A stretch of DNA of 39,139 nt from a virus (taxonomy: Duplodnaviria > Heunggongvirae > Uroviricota > Caudoviricetes): IMG/VR virus record IMGVR_UViG_3300005918_000018, one strand, 5' to 3'. How positions within the stretch are numbered: the first letter of the stretch is position 1; every line of letters starts with the position of its first letter. Position numbers and translations under genes: made by a program. This document shows positions 1 to 9,480 of this stretch, piece by piece. The notes below the pieces were generated by a model. It was not told the DNA's origin. It worked only from the letters and a program-made list of their open reading frames with translations, and did no database searches.

Positions 1-338
1 ATAGACAGAACCATCTCACGACGTTCTTGACCAGGAATAACTTCCCTGATGTTACTACGGCCTTCATCATATAAATATCTGAGGTACGATGCCTCTGTAA
101 ACAGGACTTTTTTATCAAGCCTCCAGGAAGTATCAACCAAGAATTCTTTAGTGTCGTCAAGAGGGATACCATAATGGCATTTGAGAATGACCCGTTGTAC
201 AGGGTACAACTCCATCTCAACACCCCAAGCAGATTCAGCAAAATCAATAATGTCAGCAGCTTTACCTACGTTACCGTTCCCAGACTTACCAGCGGATCGT
301 CCGACCCCTAGTGCAATATTTCCTAAGCCAGTACTCAC
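1..338 (-). CDS. Terminase large subunit, 5' end only (runs off the window); not in the supplied ORF track
   Basis: Manual translation from GTG at 338, with an AAGGAG RBS 6 nt upstream: VSTGLGNIALGVGRSAGKSGNGNVGKAADIIDFAESAWGVEMELYPVQRVILKCHYG...QERREMVLS. The DIIDFAES...LYPVQRVILK pattern followed by a hydrophobic strand resembles TerL N-termini just before the Walker A motif, which would lie beyond the window edge. Confidence 0.7.
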   Translation of the reverse strand, partial: MSTGLGNIALGVGRSAGKSGNGNVGKAADIIDFAESAWGVEMELYPVQRVILKCHYGIPLDDTKEFLVDTSWRLDKKVLFTEASYLRYLYDEGRSNIREVIPGQERREMVLS

Positions 339-350
339 ATAAAACTCCTT

Positions 351-1040
351 TTAGTTTGCATTTTTCATGCGGTTCTTGGCTTCATTCTCAAACTGGTCAC
401 TATCAAGAATCTTGGCAACTTTAGCAAAGATCGTTTCTGTCATTTCAGGTACGATACCTGATGATTCCATAGCGTCCTTGAACATCTCAAATATATATCC
501 GAACAATGCCTTTGTACCTAATGATTTAAGATCAACATCTTTCGTTGTAATCTGATCTTTTCTTTTCAACCAAGTGTCTACTACCGTTTTCAGAGCATTG
601 ATTCGACGAGTGGAGATGTTACTAGTTTCTGCTCCTTGTCGTTCAGCCTCTTGTCTCTCAAATCCGATACTTGCTGCTTCTTCTGCTAAAGCCATCATAA
701 CATAATGAAGTAAGTCCGTAGATTCAGGAGCTTTTCGAGCAGTTTCAATAATTGGATCACGGTCCATTATATCCTGCTTTTGTTTCAAAAGCTCTGCAAC
801 GGCATCGTTGACAGGTTCCAATTCCACAACCCCATCGTTCAAACGACGGCCAAGCTTAGACATTGTAACGATAGGGTCACCTTTTTTAGTCATTTGTATA
901 TCATCGTTATCAGCAAGTTCATAAGGTTTCCGGTATCGAATATGTCCGAATTCATCCCGGACTTGGATAGTAACGGCATCTTTTGGCACCATAGCTAAAA
1001 GCCGTTCACGTTCAGTTTGGTGTTTTGATTTTCTTGGCAT
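351..1040 (-). CDS. Putative terminase small subunit (229 aa, largely helical)
   Basis: Lies directly upstream of the TerL-like ORF with a 12 nt gap; size and helical character fit. The call is positional, with no diagnostic motif. Confidence 0.45.
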   Translation of the reverse strand: MPRKSKHQTERERLLAMVPKDAVTIQVRDEFGHIRYRKPYELADNDDIQMTKKGDPIVTMSKLGRRLNDGVVELEPVNDAVAELLKQKQDIMDRDPIIETARKAPESTDLLHYVMMALAEEAASIGFERQEAERQGAETSNISTRRINALKTVVDTWLKRKDQITTKDVDLKSLGTKALFGYIFEMFKDAMESSGIVPEMTETIFAKVAKILDSDQFENEAKNRMKNAN

Positions 1041-1048
1041 AGAAATCC

Positions 1049-3142
1049 TTACTTTAACATTGAATCTAAAATACTCTTTGCTTTCTGGAGCTGCTTTTTC
1101 CCAGCCTTATCGACATGGTAAGCATCAGGGTAGTTTATCAAATTATTAACTTTACTTAGAGCCTTCTGGATAGTTTCCCGTGGAACTTCGTGACCACCCA
1201 TAGCATGAGAAGACACTGCATAGATCGGGTCACTCCCAGAAGAATGCCACTGACCAAGAAGCTCACCAAGTCTTTTGTCCACCTTGATAGGCTGCTTGGG
1301 ATCTTTTTTACCACCTTCAGCAGGCTTTTCATCCTTCTTAGAGGAATCCTCTTTTGGAGCTTCCGTTTTGCTTTTACCACCAGGCTTTTTAACGTGATGT
1401 TTGGATTTGTCAGCTTTTGGATGCTCGTGGAGATACTTTTTCAAAGCGTCAGGAGATTTGTGCTCCATAGCTTCCTTGATGACTGGGATCAGATGAACTC
1501 TCGTTTTAGGATATTCTGCAGCCACTTTCTTCAAGGCTTCGATCATAGAGGCTTGTTTACCACCATCACCTTCTTCATCATCTGTGATTGCTCCGAGTAT
1601 CTTCATGAAGTCGGCTGGTGACATACCTTTCATCCGTTCCTTGGTTTCAGGTTTAGCCTTCGACAGGAAACGACGCATCAATTCAGCATCACTTACAGTC
1701 TGTCCTTTTGTGGGTTTCTTTTTCTTGAAAGACTTAACTTCATCTGCATCATCATCAACGAGATCATTCTTCGTCAATATCGTCTGGACCTTTTTGTTGT
1801 ACTTAGACTTGGCAGGAGCCTTCTTGTCAGCAGGCTTCTTGTCTTTCCCTTTAGATTGCCCTACTCCAGTCACCTCCAACAAATACTTAGTGAAGGCAGC
1901 TCCTTCGGGATTTGCTAAATAGGTCTTCCCACCACTATTGATTAAAAACAAGCTCTTTTTTAAATTGTCTGGGACTTTAAAATCATCAACCACACCAGAA
2001 CCCACATCCACAGAATGAATTGTCCCATCCTTAATAGCTTGTTTAACATCCGAGGGTAGTTTAGATACAGACATTTTTTTATCTACACCAGCAAACTCGT
2101 GGGGGGCTTTATCGTACTTTAGGTCACGACCTTTCCCTTCCCATAATTTACCACCTACGGAACCACCACTAGGCTTCTTTTCATCCTTCTTAGGCTTATC
2201 AGCAGGCTTCTTGTCATCTTTTTTCTTTTGATCTTTAGGGTCAATGAAAAAGAATTTATTAGGGTTTTTCAAAAACTCTTTCATGTTTTCTTGAAACCAG
2301 TATTCATTTATAGGTTCATCCGTAAAATACTTAACAGTCTTATCTATCTTAGCTTGAGGAACATCAACACCAGGATACACTTGATTCTTAATATGGTCTG
2401 TAATCAACTTCTTAGCCTGAGATTTACCCTCAGTTGTGAATTCCAAACTATCAATAGAATCAGGAGTCAATTTCTTTGGGGCTGGCTTCTTATCATCTTT
2501 CTTGGACTTGGCTGGAGTCTTCTCAGCAGGCTTCTTCTCATCTTTCTTTGGTGCAGGTTTAGCATTACCAGAAGGACTGACAGATTTCTCCATTTTCGTG
2601 AGAGCGGGTATCAAGTCATCTACGAAAAGCTCGTAGTCATTGGAAACTGTCCGATCTTTCATGTTATGTTCGGAATCGAACCCAGGTTTGTCCATTTTCT
2701 TCTTGGCAGCATCTCTTTTCTTGACGACATGCTTCATAACTTTCTGGACTTGCCCGAAGGAAACACTCCCTTCAAGAACCTCGGTGATGAAGCCTGAAAG
2801 AACTTTGTCCTTTGCATAACGCCTTCTCACCTGTTGAAATACACCCCCTACTTCATGCTGAACTTTCGGTGAAACTTTATCAGTACGTTTTGGTTTTGCC
2901 CCTGAGCTTTCTTCAGAAGGCTTTTCATCTTTCGGTCCCTCCACTTTTTCAGAAGAACCAGAACCACCAGGCTTTTGAACATGATGTTTGGCTTTGTCAG
3001 CCTTGGGATGTTCATGAAGGTATTTCTTCAAAGCATCAGGAGATTTATGCTCCATTGCTTCTTTAATAATAGGCATAAGGTCAGCCCGAGTTTCAGGGTT
3101 ATCATGGGCTACTTTAATCAATTTTCCTAACAGGGTCATCAT
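1049..3142 (-). CDS. Lys/Asp/Pro-rich repetitive protein, probable virion internal/head protein
   Basis: Track ORF is 702 aa. Start is likely 3142 or 3139 (AAGGAG directly after the upstream stop). Contains two copies of a 34-aa unit and several KD(D/E)KKPA-type low-complexity linkers. Confidence 0.55.
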   Translation of the reverse strand: MMTLLGKLIKVAHDNPETRADLMPIIKEAMEHKSPDALKKYLHEHPKADKAKHHVQKPGGSGSSEKVEGPKDEKPSEESSGAKPKRTDKVSPKVQHEVGGVFQQVRRRYAKDKVLSGFITEVLEGSVSFGQVQKVMKHVVKKRDAAKKKMDKPGFDSEHNMKDRTVSNDYELFVDDLIPALTKMEKSVSPSGNAKPAPKKDEKKPAEKTPAKSKKDDKKPAPKKLTPDSIDSLEFTTEGKSQAKKLITDHIKNQVYPGVDVPQAKIDKTVKYFTDEPINEYWFQENMKEFLKNPNKFFFIDPKDQKKKDDKKPADKPKKDEKKPSGGSVGGKLWEGKGRDLKYDKAPHEFAGVDKKMSVSKLPSDVKQAIKDGTIHSVDVGSGVVDDFKVPDNLKKSLFLINSGGKTYLANPEGAAFTKYLLEVTGVGQSKGKDKKPADKKAPAKSKYNKKVQTILTKNDLVDDDADEVKSFKKKKPTKGQTVSDAELMRRFLSKAKPETKERMKGMSPADFMKILGAITDDEEGDGGKQASMIEALKKVAAEYPKTRVHLIPVIKEAMEHKSPDALKKYLHEHPKADKSKHHVKKPGGKSKTEAPKEDSSKKDEKPAEGGKKDPKQPIKVDKRLGELLGQWHSSGSDPIYAVSSHAMGGHEVPRETIQKALSKVNNLINYPDAYHVDKAGKKQLQKAKSILDSMLK
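1376..1477 (-). repeat. Internal 34-aa repeat, copy 2 (KEAMEHKSPDALKKYLHEHPKADKSKHHVKKPGG)
   Basis: Matches 2963-3064 at 32 of 34 aa; the DNA is similar with synonymous changes. Confidence 0.95.
2963..3064 (-). repeat. Internal 34-aa repeat, copy 1 (KEAMEHKSPDALKKYLHEHPKADKAKHHVQKPGG)
   Basis: Directly visible duplicate of 1376-1477. Confidence 0.95.
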
Positions 3143-3149
3143 GAACTCC

Positions 3150-3644
3150 TTAGTCAATATCTACAGGGCCAGGAGCTGGACTACCTAAAGCCATCTCTCC
3201 ATCTGTAGGGGTTATCGTTGTCAAATTCTCCACTATTCCGTAATGATGCACATTAAAATCAATAACGTGAGCTGTCCCAATATCGAACCAGATACTGACT
3301 GTAGCACTACCATCATTAATAGCCGTAAAGCCTGTTAAGTTGGTAATAGCTGCTGCAATATTAGCAGCTGTCAGGATAGCTGTAGCACCAATGGCATAAT
3401 CTACACCACTGATAACAGCAAAATCACCAAGGATAATCTCAACACGCCCACCAGAGAAATCATTATTAGCTACCAGTAGAGAAGCTGTCTCAGGCTGAAT
3501 CCCAGCAATACCTTCTACCAACAAACCATTGGTGATCTTGTTCCCGGTCTTAATCTGACCAAACAACACAGATCGATGTGTCGGGCGTAGTCCTGTTAGG
3601 ACTCGGAAAGGTCTTCCTGAATATGTACGTGGTACAAAAGCCAT
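3150..3644 (-). CDS. Hypothetical protein, probable virion structural protein (beta-rich, Ala/Gly/Thr-rich)
   Basis: 164 aa with AAGGAGG RBS; composition typical of phage structural proteins; lies in the block upstream of the terminase. Confidence 0.45.
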   Translation of the reverse strand: MAFVPRTYSGRPFRVLTGLRPTHRSVLFGQIKTGNKITNGLLVEGIAGIQPETASLLVANNDFSGGRVEIILGDFAVISGVDYAIGATAILTAANIAAAITNLTGFTAINDGSATVSIWFDIGTAHVIDFNVHHYGIVENLTTITPTDGEMALGSPAPGPVDID

Positions 3645-3654
3645 AATAGCCTCC

Positions 3655-4272
3655 TTACATTGGAAATTCCTGACTCTCCAGGAAATCTACGATTTGGTCC
3701 CCATACTCAGGGGAGGGGTCCATCACAATCATAACAGGGAGTCTGGTATGTTTCACCGGCAATTTTTCCCCGTTATCAAAAATAGCCATACCTTTTAGAT
3801 TAGCAAAACCGTTTGGTTCCAGTTGTTCTTCAATGTCACCAGCTTCCACTGGACGGGATTGCGTCATGTTGAATTTCATTTCAGCTTTTTCAATCTGAAC
3901 CAGTTTACCACCGGCTTTCTTTTCCAGTTTCTGTAGATAACTTTTAATAACACCAGCAGCCAGAATTACAGAAATAATCTCACCGGCATCCTTGACGACT
4001 AAATCATATTTCCCCTGTAACTTGACCGGTAGTTTTTCAACGGTCGGGGTATAAACCCCGTGCATCCGTTGGATATCTAAAATGAAAGCCAGCCTATCGG
4101 ACGTACTCAAATTCCAAGTCCCAAGTTCCAAAGAGTCAATCTTAGCACCCTTAAAAAAAGCCAAGATGTCTACAGATGCATGGAAACCCTGTTTTAACAA
4201 AGGAACCAAATACTCCCGTGTCTCTGGATAGTCATTGGCCACCCGAATCAGTTTTTCCAATAAAATAGACAT
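3655..4272 (-). CDS. Hypothetical protein with the shared N-terminal motif LLEKLIRVANDYPETR
   Basis: 205 aa; the N-terminal 28 aa resemble two segments of the 702-aa protein. Confidence 0.6.
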   Translation of the reverse strand: MSILLEKLIRVANDYPETREYLVPLLKQGFHASVDILAFFKGAKIDSLELGTWNLSTSDRLAFILDIQRMHGVYTPTVEKLPVKLQGKYDLVVKDAGEIISVILAAGVIKSYLQKLEKKAGGKLVQIEKAEMKFNMTQSRPVEAGDIEEQLEPNGFANLKGMAIFDNGEKLPVKHTRLPVMIVMDPSPEYGDQIVDFLESQEFPM

Positions 4273-6467
4273 TAGTCTATCTCCATACCACCGAACAACA
4301 CGTTTCCGAGTTCTTCTGGGGAAACATCAGGGTTCATACCAACACTCATCTGACCTTGAAGGTTGTACTCATCAGGATCAAATAAAGCAGCAGTTTTCTC
4401 TGAGTCCCCGGCGTTAGCCAACTTGATATTAGCTTTCTGACGGGAAATCAATTTATCATTATCAGATTTTTCAAAAGCAACCAATCGTTTGTTGTACTGT
4501 TGGCAAACTTCATTATCATTGGCATTAACACATCCTGCACACCGATCCATAGCCTTTACTATCTTGAGGCCGTTGGCTCGATGCTTCAAAGCACCTCTCT
4601 CACAACCAGTTGTACCAGAAGGACTTGCATACGCTTCGGCATCCACATACATGAATCCAGCCAAACCTTCATGAGCACTCCGAACTTCTTTCAAGAGGCT
4701 TGATGCAGCTTTCAACAATGGTTTCGAGAACTTACCAGCCAACATACCGTCAAGCATCTTGCCTGCTAGGGCTTCGTTCATCTGTTGTTTAGCCCACTTC
4801 AACATCCCAAGAATCTCACCAGTCTTAATGTTTTCTTCACCGGCAACTTTCATAACTCTAGCCAAGAACGGATCGATAGGCTTGGTGGTCTTATGATGTA
4901 AGGCTTGTTTCTGGACAGCCCCTGCATATTTCTTGGTCTCTTTAGCTTCCAGAATTACTTCTCGAAGCTCAGAGGCTTTTTTGATAGCCTGAGCAGTAAT
5001 CTTTTGCAGTTCAACTACCGGCTTATCTAAAGCAGCAATCTTTTGAACTTCTGCTTTTGTCAGAGCACCTGACTTAGCCTTCTTGGCCAAGTAAACCATG
5101 AATTTCTTTTTGTTGCCTGCTTCCAGAGCTGCTTGACGACTCTCCAAGCTATCCAAGACAACCTGACGTTGCATCTGAGCATCTTTAGGCAAATGGGAAC
5201 CAACACCCTCATATACTGCCTGATGTTGTGTGACTACCATAATCTTAGAGGCTGCTTTCAACATACCAACTGCGGATAAACCACTGGCATGAATCCTCAG
5301 AGCATCATTGTGTGAGAGCTGTTCAGCTTTAACCCATTTAGCTATCTTGAGCAGGGCTTGTTTATTCTTAGCTTCAACAACTTTTTCCTCAGCAGTTTTC
5401 AGAACTACAACTGCGGGCTTATCGGCCAATGCTTTTTTAACTTGAGCATCAGAGGCCACAGGGGCTGTATGAACAGGCTTATAGGTTTCAGCAGGCTCTT
5501 GTTTAATAGATCCAGTCAGAAAAGCATTTCGGATAACAGTTTTTGGATTACCGGCTGCCACTTTATAACCAGCAGAAATCAACCGAGGTCTGTAATAAGC
5601 AAAGGCTTCATCCCAAGGAACAGTAGCAACCATAGTTTTACCAGACTTGGCAGCCACTAGAGGGTCATCTGTAATGACATACAGAGCAGTCTTGGCTACT
5701 TTCTTCAGTTGTTTTGTCCACTTACCGTGCTTCAAGCCAGGAAATACATCGGCCCGTATGAAAACTTTACCTGCCAAGCCCATATCAGCTTGAAGGTATT
5801 TAATAGCTTTTTTGGTTGTTTCAACTCCAGCCACTTTGACGAGTTCCGCAGCAATTTCTTTAATGTTATGCCCGTAATGAACTCGACGAGATGCCCGCAT
5901 CATGGCAATTTTAACGTCTGATGCTGCTTTAGCTGTTGAAACATTTGGTATCCCAGCTTCGTCTGTGTTGGGAACTAAGAACATACCATCTGTAGACTGA
6001 CCACCACCCCATTGAGTATCAAGATCAGGAATGATATGAGGAGTATGAGGAAGTCTATCAACATCTTGAGGTTGGTCTGGGTCAAGCCAATTCAAATTGG
6101 TCAAAGAAGCCAGTTTTTCTTCTTCGTTCATACCACTCAGGATGATGTCTTCTTCATCAAAGCCGTCTGCTTCTTCAAGAATGATGTCATCCAACATAGG
6201 ACCGTCATCGGTTTCCATCAAAGATGCCAAACCTAAAGGCTCCTCAGTATTGGTAACTATCCCATCCGGGAGTCCTGACAAACCTTTGGTCTCTGGTAAA
6301 CGAGCTGCTTCTTCAACACCTTTATTCATTTCAAGGTCGAAGGAGAACCCATCCAGACCACCATTAGAGCCGTCTGTGAAAGTAAATTCATCAGCCGGCA
6401 TCCCTGATGCTCCTGCTTTTTCGATTTTTAATAGTTCATCTGCCCAACTGTTGTTGTTATCACTCAC
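4272..6467 (-). CDS. Large hypothetical protein, probable head-associated protein (acidic N-terminus, basic core, Cys cluster near the C-terminus)
   Basis: 731 aa, GTG start with AGGAGG RBS; many K-x-A-(S/A) motifs; C-terminal GCERG...RCAGC...VC. Confidence 0.5.
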   Translation of the reverse strand: MSDNNNSWADELLKIEKAGASGMPADEFTFTDGSNGGLDGFSFDLEMNKGVEEAARLPETKGLSGLPDGIVTNTEEPLGLASLMETDDGPMLDDIILEEADGFDEEDIILSGMNEEEKLASLTNLNWLDPDQPQDVDRLPHTPHIIPDLDTQWGGGQSTDGMFLVPNTDEAGIPNVSTAKAASDVKIAMMRASRRVHYGHNIKEIAAELVKVAGVETTKKAIKYLQADMGLAGKVFIRADVFPGLKHGKWTKQLKKVAKTALYVITDDPLVAAKSGKTMVATVPWDEAFAYYRPRLISAGYKVAAGNPKTVIRNAFLTGSIKQEPAETYKPVHTAPVASDAQVKKALADKPAVVVLKTAEEKVVEAKNKQALLKIAKWVKAEQLSHNDALRIHASGLSAVGMLKAASKIMVVTQHQAVYEGVGSHLPKDAQMQRQVVLDSLESRQAALEAGNKKKFMVYLAKKAKSGALTKAEVQKIAALDKPVVELQKITAQAIKKASELREVILEAKETKKYAGAVQKQALHHKTTKPIDPFLARVMKVAGEENIKTGEILGMLKWAKQQMNEALAGKMLDGMLAGKFSKPLLKAASSLLKEVRSAHEGLAGFMYVDAEAYASPSGTTGCERGALKHRANGLKIVKAMDRCAGCVNANDNEVCQQYNKRLVAFEKSDNDKLISRQKANIKLANAGDSEKTAALFDPDEYNLQGQMSVGMNPDVSPEELGNVLFGGMEID

Positions 6468-7090
6468 TATATCCTCCTCTGGATGTATGCTGAGGCCATC
6501 CGGTTAATACTTGACAAATGAGTTGCCCCATTATCATCGGCTTTCTCACCATCACCAAAATCTTCTTGTTCATCGGTTTCTGCCCAGTCTTCAGGATTCT
6601 TCTTGATATCCTCGACATCTTCCATAATCTCTGTTACATCTTGTCGTTCCCTTGGATCTTGTGTTGCTTGGGAAGGATTCCAATGAGGGGCGTTTATCTC
6701 ATCGTACAACGTATCAGAGATAGCACTCAGAGCTTCGGAGCAATTCATAAACTGCCGTCGAAGATCCGTTACTCGTTGAATATAACCCCGTCCACCCATG
6801 TTACCATCAGGGCTTACTTGAGCTGATTTAATTTTCGTGAAGGTATTGTATGCAGACTGGACATGACCCAATCCGACAAGGACAGACCGAAGGGATTTTG
6901 CCAATGGTTCTAGGTGTTTAGGGTTGTATTTAAAATTGTCGTCCATCTCACGTTCAGACGGCCCATTTAAACCCCAGCCCCATTGTTTCTCATCTCCACC
7001 TTTGTCTTTAATGAAACGAACTTCACCCGCTAAACGAGTCATCTTTCGTTTCATAAGGTACCGAGAAGCTAATTTATCGGCCTGATTCAT
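6467..7090 (-). CDS. Hypothetical protein, probably virion-associated
   Basis: Track ORF is 212 aa; start likely 7090 after GGAGG. KLASRY at the N-terminus and RMASAY at the C-terminus. Confidence 0.55.
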   Translation of the reverse strand: MNQADKLASRYLMKRKMTRLAGEVRFIKDKGGDEKQWGWGLNGPSEREMDDNFKYNPKHLEPLAKSLRSVLVGLGHVQSAYNTFTKIKSAQVSPDGNMGGRGYIQRVTDLRRQFMNCSEALSAISDTLYDEINAPHWNPSQATQDPRERQDVTEIMEDVEDIKKNPEDWAETDEQEDFGDGEKADDNGATHLSSINRMASAYIQRRI

Positions 7091-7141
7091 ATCAACTACC
7101 TCCATCTGATGTTTCCTATAATGAAAATATCAGACTTTTTA

Positions 7142-7687
7142 CTAATCTATGAGGTCATTAACCTCGGATATTGTGTCCACAACAGGAACTCCACCCAACT
7201 CCAACCATGATTCTGCAATGCCGTAAGCAAGCTGCCGTTCCCATCTACCAGAGAACATTTTCTTCATCTGTCGGTCAAGAACCGAACGTACTAACATACC
7301 GTTTCCTTGTTTAGCACTATTCTTCATGGCCACGAGAGTACTCATCACCCGAGGGAACTTAGCTGCTACTTTTTTAGCTTCGTCTGATTCCACCCAAATA
7401 TTGCCCATCACACCAGGCATTTTACGCCCCAGAGCCAGGGTAAAAGTACTCCCTTTATAAAACATCATTACATAAGGATCAGCCACAGGCCGAACCTTTC
7501 GGATCTTGCATCCCACCTTATCAAAATACGCAAGGTTTTCAGCTACTTGAAGTCGTGCTTCTTCCCAAGGGATTGGAACAGTCCAAGGGCTTGGTTTCGG
7601 GAGCTTATCAGCATCCACCCTGGCAACGATTCCTTTGGCCAGTTGGTATCGAGCTGCTACCCTGTCAATACTACTTGAAAGTGCCAT
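7142..7687 (-). CDS. Hypothetical protein with N-terminal IDRVAARY motif
   Basis: 181 aa, AAGGAG RBS, co-oriented within the operon. Confidence 0.55.
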   Translation of the reverse strand: MALSSSIDRVAARYQLAKGIVARVDADKLPKPSPWTVPIPWEEARLQVAENLAYFDKVGCKIRKVRPVADPYVMMFYKGSTFTLALGRKMPGVMGNIWVESDEAKKVAAKFPRVMSTLVAMKNSAKQGNGMLVRSVLDRQMKKMFSGRWERQLAYGIAESWLELGGVPVVDTISEVNDLID

Positions 7688-7697
7688 AATAAACTCC

Positions 7698-8258
7698 TTA
7701 AATCTTCAACGGGGAACCAGTGTCATTGAACAATCTCTCAATGACAAAATCATCACCATTCTTTTTAAACGACCACAGGTCCTGAGTGGATTTATGAACC
7801 AACTCATCAGGAGCAGAAGCCTGCACGAACATATTGGAAATATCTCCGAGATCACTGACGACCATTCGGAAATTCTTTGCCATCTTTGTCTTGGTGCCAG
7901 CTAAACGAAGATGTTCGGCCATGATCGAACGGAAATTACCGTCGTCCCAGAGAACGAATACACGGTCTTCGTGACTGGTCATCTTGCCCATTGCTGTCTT
8001 AACCAAGATTACAGAACCTTCAACATCTGTCGGAGGAACATCATCATAAGTCAGGAGTGATCCAATGTTGGATTCAAACCGAACCCGTGTCCCAGCAGTT
8101 ACCGGTAAAGGGAGAGCGTGAGCCAATCGGCCTGCCTCAGTCAACTCTCTAATAGAAGTTGCTTGTTTACCAAACAAGGTTTTCCCCTGTAGGTGAAGAT
8201 CAAGGGATGAAGAATCTCCTACAAAAGCACCCTGCATATTTTTCCAAAAATCACTCAT
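7698..8258 (-). CDS. Hypothetical protein
   Basis: Start likely 8258 (AGGAG RBS), which avoids overlap with the upstream gene. Confidence 0.55.
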   Translation of the reverse strand: MSDFWKNMQGAFVGDSSSLDLHLQGKTLFGKQATSIRELTEAGRLAHALPLPVTAGTRVRFESNIGSLLTYDDVPPTDVEGSVILVKTAMGKMTSHEDRVFVLWDDGNFRSIMAEHLRLAGTKTKMAKNFRMVVSDLGDISNMFVQASAPDELVHKSTQDLWSFKKNGDDFVIERLFNDTGSPLKI

Positions 8259-8269
8259 AAACTTTCTCC

Positions 8270-9469
8270 TTATGCTTTCACTACACGAGTCAGGGACCAA
8301 TCAAAGTTCCGAGCCCCTGCATCAGCAGTAGCAAACTCAGCAATAAAACTTCCTGTGTTCTTCGTTGTCACCCCATTAGATACCAATGGGGTAGTAATCA
8401 TATCTATTGTCACAACATAATCAGTGTCTGGTTGGAGATAAGGTAGTGTCACCGTTTCCGTAGTAGCTAACCCTGCCAATGTATCTGTACCTATCAGGAT
8501 AGGTTCTGTAACAGTTGCCGTAGCATCAATAGCCAGACTTGTATAAGAACCATTGATAACTGCTTGAGATGTGTCTCGAACAGCAAGTGCTCCAAGATAA
8601 GAACCGAGGAAACGGCCTTCTTGAGTTCCACGGAATGTAACCAGGAATCCACCTGTACATCCGATCACTTCTAAAGCACCTTTGTTGGTCAATGTAGATA
8701 ACAAGGAAGCTACTTTAGAGCCTGAAAATACATAAGAACCGCTGTCTATAGGTTCGTCCCCGATATCAGTATAGTCTGCTTGGACAGAAGAACCGTCGAC
8801 AACCCCGTTCATAGTAAACGAAGCACATGTTGTAATCGAAATTTTGGTGCTGCCTCCAGCACAATCCTTCATAGAACCACCATCCATTACAATGTGATTC
8901 ACTAAGTTGGCTCTTAAAGCCAGTGCCGTGCCAGTAGTTTCCCACTGACAATCCTTTAAGATAATCCCATTAAGCCCAACGGTTGATGCATCATTACCGA
9001 TAAGATCTACACCCGGGACTCCTGCAACAATACTGATGATCCGAAGGCTGTCCAAAACGACTCTGGTTGGGATAGTTGTGGATTCCACGACTGTAAAAGC
9101 AGGTGCAACCCCACCACCGTTCCCGACAACTACTCGACCCAATGCCTTGATAGTGACGTTAGGTACATCCAATGTTACGGTAGCTGCTTCAGCATAAGTA
9201 CCAGGGAACACTAAAATCAAATGTTCTGTGCCAGATGAAGCTCGAATAGCAGCCATAGCTGCTGTAATAGTAGTGTATGTAGCCCCCACACCGGCTGAAC
9301 CGACAATATAAACATCATCAATAGCAATACTGGCTATCTGGTCAAGATTGATTCCTGTAGGGGCACTGGGGTCGAAGAAACGGAGTTTTCCAGTAACAGC
9401 CTCAGCCTGAATCAGCCTTGTGCCGGTATCCGCCGGAGCAATCTGTAAACTATCAGTTTTGAATGCCAT
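8270..9469 (-). CDS. Virion protein with a probable right-handed beta-helix (pectin-lyase-like) domain; fibre or spike candidate
   Basis: VGSAGVGATYTTITAAMAAI capping helix followed by a repetitive beta-strand pattern (VTIKALG, VVLDSLRI, IILKDCQW, IVMDGGSM). Confidence 0.55.
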   Translation of the reverse strand: MAFKTDSLQIAPADTGTRLIQAEAVTGKLRFFDPSAPTGINLDQIASIAIDDVYIVGSAGVGATYTTITAAMAAIRASSGTEHLILVFPGTYAEAATVTLDVPNVTIKALGRVVVGNGGGVAPAFTVVESTTIPTRVVLDSLRIISIVAGVPGVDLIGNDASTVGLNGIILKDCQWETTGTALALRANLVNHIVMDGGSMKDCAGGSTKISITTCASFTMNGVVDGSSVQADYTDIGDEPIDSGSYVFSGSKVASLLSTLTNKGALEVIGCTGGFLVTFRGTQEGRFLGSYLGALAVRDTSQAVINGSYTSLAIDATATVTEPILIGTDTLAGLATTETVTLPYLQPDTDYVVTIDMITTPLVSNGVTTKNTGSFIAEFATADAGARNFDWSLTRVVKA

Positions 9470-9480
9470 TATAATATCTC

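Noticed and set aside
1860-1935. YLANPEGAAFTKY as a match to the 'LVDxEGYxYARY' motif of mobile-element proteins
   Set aside because: Too few identities to support by eye; needs a profile search.
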